Assembly (NCBI RefSeq): GCF_006345805.1
Contig: NC_043002.1
Coordinates: 100,254,001-100,318,000 of the forward strand
Length of the DNA: 64,000 nt
Direction: 5' to 3'
From: Octopus sinensis
Lineage: Eukaryota
Below are positions 1 to 12,500 of the stretch, piece after piece; positions within the stretch are counted from its first letter, which is position 1; each line of letters starts with the position of its first letter. The notes under the pieces were generated by a model. The model made no database searches and had not been told where the DNA came from. It saw nothing but the letters and a program-made list of their open reading frames with translations. Both the position numbers and the translations under genes were made by a program.

Positions 1-157
1 GGATGATTTAGTGATTTACTGCAAAACCCATGGTGGCCAAAAGGATCAGAACGGTTTCTTTTACTCCGTGTTTTAATATATTTAACAAGCAAACTCTAAT
101 ATTTTGAATTTGTTTACGTGGCGATTCGTTTACTAAACATTAGTAAGAATATTTGTA

Positions 158-975
158 GTGTACTTTGTTAATATAATGCCACTTACTCCGTTAACAATTC
201 GTCAGCAGATTATTAAGCTTCGAATGAGAGATAATTTAAGTATTGGATCTATTGCAAAGATTGTTAACAAGTCAAAAAGTATGGTACACGGTATTCTTAA
301 GGTCTACGATGATTGTGGTTCGTGTGAAGCAAGAAAGTTTACAGGTAGGCCAAGAAAAACGACCAAGAGAGAAGATCGTGCTATGGTAAAGTTGATTAAA
401 AAGGACAGATTTAAAACTGCTGCTGCTGTTTCTCGGAAAATGAGCATTGTATTGAAGAAAACTTTATCTCGAAAAACTGTGTCTCGTCGTTTAGTTGAAC
501 ATGACCTACAAGCAAGAGCACCTGCAGTGAAGCCACTGATCAGCTCCAAGAATAAAAAGTGTCGTCTTACCTTTGCAACAGAACATGTGTTGTGGTCTCA
601 AGAAAAATGGCAAACGGTGCATTTCAGTGATGAATCTAAGTTTATGTTATTTGGCTCAGATGGGAAAAGGTACGTTCGTAGAAAAGTAGGTGAAAAATTG
701 TTGCCTAAATGCCTTAAGACTAGTGTTAAATTCGGTGGAGGAAGTGTCACGGTTTGGGGGATGATATCTGGAGATGGTGTGGGCCCTTTGGTGCGATTAC
801 ATGGAAAGGTAAATGCAGGAGTTTATAAACAACTTGTAAAAGATCATGTCATGCCTGTGCAGGACAATGCCCCATGTCACAAGGCTAAGTTGGTCATGAA
901 CTTCCTCAAGGCTGAAAAGGTTATTGTTATGTAGTGGTCTGCTCAAAGCCCAGATCTCAATCCTATTGAAAATGT
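158..975 (+). mobile_element. Tc1-family (DD34E) transposase relic, 3'-truncated
   Basis: ORF 158-934 has an HTH region (TGRPRKTT, LSRKTVSRRL) and catalytic motifs FSDESKF, KFGGGSVTVWG, QDNAPCH. After a premature TAG (932-934) the frame continues WSAQSPDLNPIEN, giving 34 residues between D and E. Roughly 10 aa appear missing before QDNAP. CATGGTGGCCAAAAG at 29-43 resembles a Tc1 TIR. Confidence 0.93.
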
Positions 976-1040
976 ATTGAATATGTATTTCGAAAGCCAG
1001 AATATATAAATATAAATATATAAATTCGTTCATGCTATAA

Positions 1041-1042
<2 letters not shown>

Positions 1043-1120
<78 letters not shown>

Positions 1121-1132
1121 ATAGATATATAT

Positions 1133-1181
<49 letters not shown>

Positions 1182-1182
1182 G

Positions 1183-1238
<56 letters not shown>
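1043..1238. repeat. (TA)n microsatellite
   Basis: Near-pure TA dinucleotide array. Confidence 0.95.
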
Positions 1239-1239
<1 letters not shown>

Positions 1240-1449
1240 CGGGAAGCTTTATGAAAATAGACAAAAGACGAAGGCAGGTGGAAAACAAACGAACAATTGT
1301 ATTAGTATGGCGCTCAGGAAATATAAATAAAACAAGTCTTTAACGTTTCGAGCCTACGCTCTTCAACAGAAAGATACACAGAGAGAAAAAAAACACAGAA
1401 AGAAGGAGAGAAAAAAATGCGTGCAGTAGCTAACGAATCAACATGGCGA
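1239..1449 (-). mobile_element. Penelope-like pseudo-LTR unit with hammerhead-like motif
   Basis: Minus strand reads CTGTTGA-A-GAGC-GTAG-GCTC-GAAAC-GTT...GAGCGCC (1369 to 1309). Homologous to 15927-16050, which is contiguous with a GIY-YIG C-terminal fragment, and to 44990-45198. Confidence 0.7.
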
Positions 1450-2521
1450 CACACACACACACATCTTTTTGAAATGTGGCCTTGACAAATGCCACTTAAC
1501 CTCAACGTTGACTTCTAACATAAAGTGATTAATCATCTTCGGTTTTGCCTGTATATTTTTCATACTGAATCAAGTATAGGTTTGCAAAATTCGTTCACGC
1601 TATAAATTTTAACAGCGTTCTTGTTACAGTTCTAGGTTTTGGGGTTCTGTATTAGAGCGTCGTAGAGCTTCAAACTTGTGTATGCTCAGCACCTCTGTTT
1701 AGAGATTTAAGCTATGTGCACTGACACAAGTGACGAGTTTACTTAGAGTGGTCGAACGTAGTACTTTAGAGTAACAAGTAGAACATTTTTTATGACTGGT
1801 TGCGTTGTTTATGACGATTGCAGAACCTTTTTGCATGTAGTATAGATGTGCAAATGATAGATATGCAGAGATAATGGAGTGAAAGAATTCATGATGGTGA
1901 GATTTCTTCATATGTACTGAGTAGATTTCGGAGGGGAAAAAAGCACACAGAGAGTAAAACAATGTTTTTGTTTTCAGAATAAATAATAAATAATCTCCCC
2001 GACTGAGCTTCAAAGTGGAAGTTGTCTTTACACGTGTGGGTGTTTTATCTACTGGTTATACGATGTTGTGATACAATGTTGTGAAGTAAATGCATTAGAA
2101 TATTATCTTTCATTTCATTTGATCCGACATCAAATCTTTGTTGCTTACACAGGCAGCCAGAAAACATCGTTAAACACATGGGATATGTCTGGAAGCAACA
2201 TTTCATAAGAGAGTAAATACGTCAGACACACGTCGTTTAAAAATACAGCACAATTAAAACACATAAAGCTTTCTAATGTTAATGTTCAGAAACACACGTG
2301 CTTCTAATTAAAAAAAAAAATAATAATAACTGATTTAAAATTCTATCACGTTGTAACTATCGAATGTACTCATAGATTGTTTAAATTGATTTCACACTTA
2401 TTGACTCTTAATATGAGCTGGAGGTTAATTATCTGTAAGTGAAGAAATTCTTCCCCACCTCTCTCTGTCCCTCTGTCTCTCTTTTTCCCTCTCTCTCTCT
2501 CTCTGTCCCTCTGTCCCTCTG

Positions 2522-2553
<32 letters not shown>

Positions 2554-2994
2554 ACCCCCTTACTCCATTTTTGACACTCAATTCTCTGAGGCCATTTCCT
2601 TTTCTTTCTCATTCAAGTCATTTTGTAATGCTGGTGGCGAATCATTGTCTCTCTGCTTCACCTTCCTCCCTGCTCCGCGCCTCCCTGCTCCGCGCCTCCC
2701 TCCTCCCGCTCTTCTCTCATTCGCTCTTTATCTACTTCTCCATCTCCTCACTTCTACCCCTTTCTCTTCACCCTTCCGCTGCTTGTCTATGAACACATTT
2801 GCTCCCAATTGTATGTCGTGAATTACATAATGCTGCGTTGATCTCTGTAACACTAGTTGTCTATGGCGCCGAGAGACAACACATAAACCTTCTTCAACCT
2901 ACGTGATCTCACCGCCACTTAGACATAAAGGCCTTGCATGAAACAATCTTCAATTCAACCAAATCATCTTCAATTATTCCCAAACAATGTATCC

Positions 2995-3290
2995 TCAGAT
3001 TTAGCCCCTGCATTCAGCAAACTTTTCAATCTTCCTTCCCCTCTCTACTTCTCTTAACTTGTCTGTGTGTCCCGGAATATAATTCGATATTTGGAAAGAT
3101 GTTGTAGTGTGTCACAATAGCCCTGGGGGTATGCCCTCTGACTCAGCCCAATATTGACAGGTCAGTCCTCCTTCTATCATCTCAAAATCATTACTAAACA
3201 CCTTCTTCAATATAGTGATTTTGTTTTTCTGGTTCACGACAACTACGGCTTTTATAAATATAGGTGTACTAGACAATTACTTTTCTATGT
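2995..3290 (+). mobile_element. CR1/L2-group LINE reverse transcriptase fragment (decayed)
   Basis: Frames give DLAPAFSKLFNL, WKDVVV...SDSAQY*QVSPPSIISK and DNYGFYKYRCT, degenerate versions of LAP..S.LF, WK.A.V, NYRPISL...ISK and QYGFR..RST. Confidence 0.65.
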
Positions 3291-3883
3291 TCGTAAGCAC
3301 TGAGTTAGCAACCTAGAGAAATTTGAATAGTATAACATTCAACAAAAAAACCTGCCTCACAAAGATTGTTTTTCTTCCTTTAAAATCAGAAAATACGTCT
3401 TGGGTCCCAAATTCTTAACTTTGTACAAACATCATGGATTGCTGCCCTTACACATTTTTACGTCTGAGACAGTGGTGTTATAAAACATAAAACCATCCAC
3501 GACGGATAGGTCACACATCCATGAAGGATAGGTCACACAGCTGTCTTTTCACACGTTTTATTTCTTTATTATAACAACCTTGGCATCTACTCCTTGGAGA
3601 TGGTTACAGTTGTGACACAACCAATGAAATATCTTGCTTCAATCATTTAGTATCCTCTCTTCGTCCAGAATGGTGTGTCTAGCACAAAACTACTTATCAT
3701 TCAGGTCCTACACTAACCGATTCTCCACTTTTTCCGTCCGATGACGATTTCCCTCTGTGGATGTTTTATTGTTCCGCTTATAGCTGTCCAGGAACGTTGT
3801 TGTTGAAGTTTTAGGGATGTTATACTCACAGATCATTCCTTATTCTACATCATCAAATATATATATATATATACGCTTATATA

Positions 3884-4720
3884 GGCTGTGTGGTAAGAAT
3901 CTTGCTTCTCGGAGGGAGGAGCCAATGCCCTGGACAGAGGACGAGGAGTGGATTTGCCGGTGATTTCGAGGATCATATCGGATGTCGCTATAGTCAAGGT
4001 AATGAACACCTTCTCAAAGGAAATGTTCTGGGACCCCGACCTAGAGCTGGAGCATTGCCTAAGTGAAGCGTAAGCCTGGACTGGGAGGAGGAGCTTTGTG
4101 TATAGTATTTATATATATATTATATGTAATTATTGAACTATGTTGTTGTTTATGATGGACAGTTAAGTCCAAAAATTGAAAATTTGTAAAAGTTGTTAGA
4201 GGTTTAATACCTCGTTTTGTGTTTGGTTTTAACGAACAATGTTTTAGAGAGGCAGAAGTCGGCGGGCGCTTTTTGTCTTCTCCCATCCTTGTCATCTTTC
4301 TTTCATTATCATTCATTAATGTCTTTGTCCAGCCCGCCTTTATGGCAAATGTAATGAAATAAAGAAGCTTGCTCCCAACCTCATGGTTCTGGGTTCGGTC
4401 CCACTACGTGGCACCTTGGGCAAGTGTCTCCTAGTATGGCCTTGAGCCGACCAAAGCCTTGAGAGTGGATTTGGTAGATAAAAGCTGAAAGAATCCCGTC
4501 GTATACGTGTGTGTTTGTCTTTCTCTCTGTGTTTATCCGCCCCCCCCCCCATCGCCACCTGACAACCGGTGTTGGTGTTTTTAAGTCCCCATAACTTAGC
4601 GTAACGCTTTAAAAAATCATTTGTCCTGGATTCGATCTATTTGACTAAATACCCTTGAAGGTGGTGCTTCAGTATGGCCGCAGTTACATGACTGAAACAA
4701 GTAAAAGAATTAAAAGAATA
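3884..4720 (+). mobile_element. tRNA-derived SINE (family B, GGCTGTGTGGTAAG head) split by a 453-bp insert at 3909-4361
   Basis: Head at 3884-3908. Body resumes at 4362 with B-box-like GGTTCGGTCCC, GTGGCACCTTGGGCAAGTG and tail GTGCTTCAGTATGGCCGCAG...GACTGAAACAAGTAAAAG. Homologous to the minus copy at 23605-23999. Confidence 0.85.
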
Positions 4721-6304
4721 AACACAATGTATATATGTTCCCATACGTGCACAATGTATAGATCGAATACATGCACACAAACATATACCAACACAGAAAG
4801 ACACTAACACAGGTACAAATACATGCCAACAAACAACCACACACACACGAACACACAATTTGAACATTGGATCAGTGGATTGCAGACTTTTGTCATGTAG
4901 AGGTCTGATGCTGTAACCCACATATTTGATTCGCGTATGAAACTGTTACTGAATTAACGTAAACTGGTAACTCCTGAACATGAAAAAGTATTCAAAATAT
5001 CGAGATAATATATGCGAACAATCAGAAGAAAAAGAGGGAGGAAAAGAAGAAGAACAACAACAGCAACAATAATATTAATACGTTGTTTAGAGAGCAAATA
5101 TCCCGATTTCTTCACAATTTGGAAAAATTCAGAAATGATTATAAAACTGATTTCGGAAAACATTCAAGTTGTTGGAAACCTTATGCGTATACTAAATAGA
5201 TTGAAGTAATTATGCCATTAGCAGCGAGTTTTTCAAATTATCCAGCTTTCCGCTATAAGGCAGCTAAATGAACTGAAGATTTGAGCAGCTGTGAACATTC
5301 CATTTGGTTATATGTGAATCAATTTTCAATATTAAACGGAATACTAACAAGTCCTTGATAATTTTCTATAGCTGACGGAGACTGAATAGGCAAAGATTGT
5401 GTGTTGCTGTGCAGTATAGTATTTTATAGATGAATATACGAGCAAAAATGTAATTATAACAAGAAACAAAAATGCAATAAAAAAATACAAATTAAGCATG
5501 TGTTTCTTAGTTTCCATTAAACTTGTTATATCAGATTTCAGTGAATTATGTTTTTATTTTCACCAGAAGTAGTAAATTCTTTGAATATGTTATTGAGCGT
5601 CTGATACAAGTAATAGCACACAATTAAATGAACAAGAACTTCTATGATATAATAGAACGGATTCAAAAACAAATTTAACAAATGAGAATCAAACTTTCGC
5701 ATTCGAATAACGAATTCAACTGGTACTGGGATACACATTCAAACGAACTACACAAACGCACACACACACACACATGTAGACGCATAAGTTTTACTTATAT
5801 GACTCTGCATTTTCAGTTCGAATCCCGCAGTGTTCTCTTTTATCTCCAGTCTATAATATGAAACACTAGTCAAATAATACGGCTAGTACAATCTGTCAAA
5901 GTGTTCTGAAAACGCATATTTTTGTACATGCATGAGAAATATTTTTTGTGAGTTGAAGCAATTCAGGAAATGTTTTCATCAGATACGACGTTCGCGTATG
6001 GTAGCTGAAACTTCTGTCTGAAATACGTATTATTAGTGTAGAAAACCAACAAAATACATAAAGATTATGCGGCACTATTAGCAGTAGAATATATCCAAAG
6101 AAGTATGATAGCAATGGGATCAAAACATTTCGACATAGCATCATCACAGACCTACTAAAGAACTAGACAACAACGAATCAATCTAACATACTTTCCCTGA
6201 TGCTATGGGCAATCATAAATATATCCAAGACGTCATCACATATTTATGCATACAAATATCTTGTTATCCTCTATGAATATGTGAATATGTATGAGATTTT
6301 TTTA

Positions 6305-7804
6305 CTGAGTGTAGCGCAAAAGTATGTTGACATTTACTATTTACTCCAAAATAAAAGACACGCTGTTAGCGTCATATGTATTCGAAGTGTCAGCACTGAG
6401 CCTTAACACATTCCCGGAGTCTGTCAGCCACTACGATACACGGTAATTCCTAGGTCCAGGTTCGTGCTGATTTCTTGACAGGTCTTTGTAATGAACCCAT
6501 TTAGTTGAGGTAGAGTGCGTGGTTCTCTTTGGAAGACCTTCTGACTCACAGCACACCATAAACGATATCCATAGACGTGCAGTTCGAGGAACTGTTCGAG
6601 ATCAATCGATTCTACAACGTCGCCCAATCCACATCACTGGAAACATTTTATCGGGGAAATGACACACATGATTTGCAAAATGAGGTGGTGCCCCATCTTC
6701 TTTGAATAGCAGCGCACCAAATTTACGCATAGCCTGCATTGTGCGCACCATCTTCTAGAACAGCCTGCCAAGATAGTTGTCAGCATTAAGTGTACTCTTA
6801 AAAGGACTCCGTAACTCGACGGATCCTCCCATACGGTGACACTCGGCTGATTCATCTCTGTTACTGTTGTCAAGTGGACAGTTTTGTCATGCTAGTGAAC
6901 GCAGTCATGCTTGCTGACATGACCTGACAACTTAAAACAGGCCTGGACCGACCAAACAATCTTGTCAAAGTCTGTTTTCTGCGAGCTGCATACGACGATC
7001 TGGGCAATACATATGCTAAAATTGGAACGATCTGAGTCACTTCCGTTAGGTACTGCGGAAGTCTTGGTCAGTATGGCTTCAATTTGAATTATTTCATGAG
7101 ACAACCAGAGATCTTCGTGAAATACTCAATGTTATAATGTGGATCTTTGTCCACTTGTATGTTATTATCGGCGCTGTAATATTCTTGTCACCTCTATTAC
7201 GGTGCGGTGGTGTTCCGCGTTTTGTTATCTTTAACTCGTCTATCGTGCTATCGCTGATAGCTCCGCAAGATAATGGCTTTGAAAACATCTAACTTGGCGG
7301 TATCTCGAACTCGTATATATCACGTAACTGACACTGACTCCGACTGAAAACTCGAACAACAACTCTACTGCAACTGACCTCCTACAACGACTGACTGTCT
7401 GACTTTACAATGGCTGTTTCGTACCATTTTGTCACGTGGGAAGGGGAGGACCATTTTCATTACAACACTCAACATAACCGAAGCTCGTCTGGTAGGCAGT
7501 GCCGGGCTATTCACCAACATCAATGATAGATGCAACTTTTCTTCTTCGGTTCTAACAATTTGTGGGCTTCCGGATTTCGGATTTCGGAGCGTTCTTCACT
7601 AGATTTGTCTCCTCGAATTTGTCTGTTATTCTGTATAGCGATCTTCGTGAAGACGTAAAATTCTGGAAAGTTTCTTCCCAGTTTTCGCTGACAATTTCTG
7701 CTTTTTCGAACGTCTAGTAGTTATTAAGACCCACATTCTTGCCTTATCTTCACGACACAACGAAAAATGAAGAAGTAACTGCCAGCGAACTTTTAACCTC
7801 CCTC
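6305..7804 (-). mobile_element. IS630-Tc1-mariner transposase relic, DD41D (rosa/Visitor)-like
   Basis: Minus frames: RITDKFEETNLVKNAPKS, TRRASVMLSISRRS, KIVWS...FKLSGHV, FKEDGAPPHF...FP..WIGR, LW...KVFQREPRTL, LRECVKAQ..HFE. Multiple stops and frameshifts. Both ends flanked by TA, but the TIRs do not match well, so boundaries are approximate. Confidence 0.82.
7130..7467 (-). mobile_element. Solo LTR (338 bp) inserted in the transposase
   Basis: Termini TGTTATAATG...CATTACAACA (TG..CA, 9/10 inverted match) with 5-bp direct repeat CTCAA at 7125-7129 and 7468-7472. Removing it rejoins the transposase frame (RASVMLS|ISRRS). Orientation is tentative. Confidence 0.8.
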
Positions 7805-8016
7805 TATATGTGTGTGCAGTGTGTCTGTATAAACAGGTGTATATATAAATATATATACATGTATATGTAAAGTCGATACTTTGCTTAATTCTGAGACACT
7901 TTCAAAAGTTCATTTAGGAATGAACGTAAACATTTGTCTTGTCAGAATTATATTTCTTTAAATGCCATATGTGTATGTATGTATGTGCGTGTGTGTGTAT
8001 GTGTGTGTGTATATTG

Positions 8017-8031
8017 GATAGATAGATAGAT

Positions 8032-8096
<65 letters not shown>

Positions 8097-8150
8097 CAAA
8101 GATACACAGATAGATAGAGGGATAGATACAAAGATACACAGATAGATATA
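8017..8150. repeat. (TAGA)n tetranucleotide microsatellite
   Basis: Direct tandem repeat. Confidence 0.95.
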
Positions 8151-9169
8151 CACACATGTGGATAATGTTTCTATATGAAAAGAGAATACAATGTGATTTT
8201 TCATGTTTTAAGTTTTTTTACGAAGGAACTAAACAAGTCAAAGATTACCATAAATTTGTTAGGTTTCTTATACACACATATAAATGTTCAAATATATATA
8301 TATGTTGATATATATTCATTGATGTATATGTTCATTGATATTCCCCATAAAACATTTTGCCACCTACTTTATTTTTAAATATGTTTTGCAACTTTCACTT
8401 CAACTATCATTTGTTACGGTCGCACTTAATGTCACCACCAATCAAATTGTTAATTTGATTTATTTAATATCATCATAGAAACAAAACTATATATCTACTT
8501 GGATCTTAGCCGTAAATGTTCAATTATATATTTCAAGCTCATAAAGTGATACTTGTGTTAGATAGAGTATATGTCTAGTCCATTCAATGAATGCAGTATT
8601 TTTGATATATCATCATTAGTTTTTATTTTTCTTCTCTTGTTTTATTTGAATATGCTAATGATTAAATATAGTTTCATTGATAAGATTTTATTTCTTTACC
8701 ATATGAAAAGTAAGACAGAGAAATAAATTTTTAAGAAGATTTAAACATTTTAACTCTGATGAAGATGAACAAATTGAGGTTTCTCCATATTTTTTTTGAC
8801 GTTTCATAAGGAGGGAAAGTACTGTCCATTGTCTCAGGGCCGCTGAGATTGTTCGGAGAGAGGGAGAGAGAGAGAGTAAGAGAGAGAGAGAGAGAGAGAG
8901 ATAGAGAGGGTGGGAGTTGGAGCGAGAGCGGGCGGGTGCGAGGAAGGTATTATCTAACTCGGAACCTACTGCGATTGCTTGCAACAGAATCAAACCCGCC
9001 AAAAGTTTCCAGGCGGCAATTTCTAATCGGTTGATGGTATAAGTCATTAAAACCTGGTGGAATTTTATCTCAAGACGCAAAACGATGGAACAAACACTAC
9101 AAGACGTTCGTGCTAACTCTCTTACACCTTTCCTAATCCACCGACTTAGATTCGCACTTTTATAACGAC

Positions 9170-9530
9170 AGCGAAAGAATGTAAGGCGAATTCGATTTGG
9201 TGGAATTTGAACACAGGGTTTAGATAGCCGGATCAAACATGGCCGGCTGTTCGATCCGATGCTCTTGTGATTTTGACAATAATTTGTTTTATGTCGTTTC
9301 TAAGGTATTTATTATAGGTTTCAAATTTTGGCACAAGGCCAGCAAGTTCGGGGCAGGGAAATCGATTACATCGACCCCGGAGTTCCATTATTACATAGTG
9401 TATCGTGATCGAAAGGATGAAATGCACAGAAAAGCTCAGTGGAAGTACGAAAAAAACGAACGAAGCGCCGCTAAACACTTTACCAGGCACACTACCGATT
9501 CTGCAAGCTCACCGTTCTCTTAAAGGGATT
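9170..9530 (-). mobile_element. Two old decayed SINE copies (family C)
   Basis: Degenerate matches to GTCGATTACATCGACCCC, GAAAGGATGAAA and GGAATTTGAAC seen in the 27.3-28.1 kb copies. Confidence 0.55.
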
Positions 9531-12500
9531 TAACATAAACACACAACAGTGCTGGAGAAACATTTACAAAAAATCATAGCTTTTGATGGGATCATTAAAT
9601 GGCAATCCTAAAAAATCTTTCGAATAGATACTCTTGCATATGTTCAACAAGAGTTTGTTTTTGTGTTCCTCTTTTCTCCAAGGATTATAGTCTTAAAGCT
9701 TGTCTGTCCGATCTGGTGCTATAGAGGAAATCTTTATGAAAGTTTGTTGGATTGCTTCCAGATAAGCGTTGATCTCGACATTTAGAAGAGCAATAATCAA
9801 TATGATTATGAAAAAATGACCAACATGAATTTTTTATCAATCTTTTCTCAGAATCCGTAACCACGGTTGTCTAAAGTGTACCGCCCGCTAAATAATACGC
9901 ACATAAAATTATGTTTTACTACCCAAATAAAATTCCAGACCTTGTGCATATCAGACTCTGAGATTTCAATTTCTCAGTGCATTGCGAGTCTAGGTTGATT
10001 CTTAGTAACTTTCCCGTATTTTTAATTGTCTACGCTTTGAATTTGATTCTGTTAGTACAGAAACTCTTCTGTAAGCGTTTGATATCACTTGTAATTTTAA
10101 AACAAGATAAGCTAAAACACAAGCTGTTATCTTTGGCAAATCTATAAGCTCCTACATGTTATCTATTCACTTTTAGATTCTTCTGTTTTAGAATACTATA
10201 TTATGTTAATTTCTATGTTATAGCACTTATCTTACGAACATGTCTGTATCTTACTTAGATATAAACGTACTGATGTTTTCCAAAAGTCCGCAAATTACAG
10301 TCAATTCTTTGTCTGTGACAAAAACGTGAAAACTAGGGTTCAGTGCACTAAAACATCTATTTTAAGCAAAATACCCACTGCATAGAAAAGTGGAGGTACG
10401 TATTTAAATAATTACTAATTTCTTCATACTGAGTAGTTTCATTTTGTAATGAATCTTTGAAGTATACCAGTATCGAGTAGAGTTTACGATTAATATTTGA
10501 TAGGATTGTTTGGGGATAGGAGCTATATTGGTCAGTAGTTGGAGTGAAGACAGGAGGAATGGTAGTCTTTACGATAGATGATGAAAGACCTCATACACAA
10601 GTCACTTGTCTTTGACGGATTATCATGCCTGAATGTTATTCATTTCTTCGTCACTACAAAATTTATTTGTAAACAGTGATTGGTTTGCTGGGCTGCCGTT
10701 GTTACAAACTGATTCAAACATTAGGGTATACATTTTAGTTACCCTCATCGAAAAATTATGCACCGTCAAATAAACTATATCTTTGGACAGGAACTGCATC
10801 GCTGAATGTATGTTTAAGAATTGTACAATGCCAGCCAATACATATTAAATGTATTTCCTATAAATGACAAGTTCAGTGTTTAGAGATTTCTGTGCGTTTA
10901 ACAAAAGACAACTAATGAAAGGCCAAATGACAGCGATCACAAATTAGTCTAAAGAATTATGTAAGTCTTTCTTTCCGATTTTCCAAACATTTCATATTTA
11001 TTCTTCATTATTGGCAGCACTATCTGCAATACTCATTTCTGCAGAGTATATAAAATTTACATTTAAACCTGAGAAGTAATGTATTCTTGTTTTGAACATG
11101 CTATTTCCTCCATTGATTTAGGCATCACATCGCTATTGTTTGTGAAATGAATAAAAAGGTTAGAAACGAAATCAATATCTGTTCGATTAGAATTGTATGC
11201 TAGTGAGATGCTTTGGAATCACCTTCTACCAGATTCTTCTTTACTTTTCATTTTGTTTCAGTAAAGAATACTCATCCAAATAAAACGTTTATTACGTTTT
11301 CTCCTTTGTCTGTGAGATACACAATTAAATATCTTCATACAATTGAGAATATGGTTGATATGTCCACGTTGTCAGCTAGTAAATGTACTTATAGCGAAAG
11401 ATGAACATATATAGTGGAAAGTTTCAGGTTAAAATCCATAAATATATATATTTGCTCTTCGATCGAACAGTAAGTCGCATATTTTTATGCTGAGGTAGAA
11501 AGTTTTTACATGAATTGTTTAAAATGGAAACAATTTAATGTAGTTGTCGAGAAATAACTTTTGCCAAGATATGCTAATCAGGGATCTATATCCATGTTTC
11601 TCTCAGGATGAAATTATATTATTCAGAATCGTTAAGACATAACAATATCATGGAAATTATTATTTAAAGGAAATCAATACATCTCATTCAAATCACATAT
11701 GTAGCCGGTTTTTTTTTTGTTGTTTTCTTTTTTCTGTTTTTCTCTTTTTTTGCAAGTCTTTCATTGCTATCAGATAGAGCAGACGTTACTATGTAGTTAA
11801 GATTTTTTCTCCACAATCACGGTATATATTGATTTCGATCCTGCTAGATGGCACTTTAAGCATGTTTTATGCCTGTGTCTGGAGTTGACTAATGCATTGC
11901 GAATGGAATTTCATAAACATCACTGCGCCTCTTCTATAAGAATGGCTGTAAGCATTCCTGCGCAGGCTGGAAATGTTAAGGAAATATCACTCGATCGGTA
12001 AAACAGGTTATCGTATTGCTACAGGCAGACATCCCTGTCAGAGTGTTGGACACATCAGAAATCAAGATGGTCGATATCATCCTGGAGAAAAATTCTGCGG
12101 TAATTGGGGAATTAATTAACATGATATGTGGATGGACTTCAATCTTGAAAGTTGGAGAAACAAATGTATGTGTGATGGGATTTTCTTTTCGTTGGACTTA
12201 TAACACACTTAAGGTGCTCGGAACCATGCTAGAAGAGGACCTCCAAACTGAGAGAGACTTGGAATATCTACAAGCCATGTAACCCATCTCACTCAGAAAT
12301 GGACTGAGCGACAGCTGTCTCAAAAAAAAGTCAAATTTTAAGTGGTTAACTAATATATAATTTTGGTGATGTAATACCGTCTGTCGATTGTAACATGTCT
12401 ACAGAGAAAAAACTTGGACAACTACATCCTGCCTGTGTGCTTAGTCGACTACAGTCCTGGATCAATCACAGTATAAGTCTAGATGTTTGGTATCTGCAAT

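Noticed and set aside
158-934. Active Tc1 transposase
   Set aside because: Premature stop before the catalytic Glu, a deletion before QDNAP, and loss of the C-terminus and right TIR.
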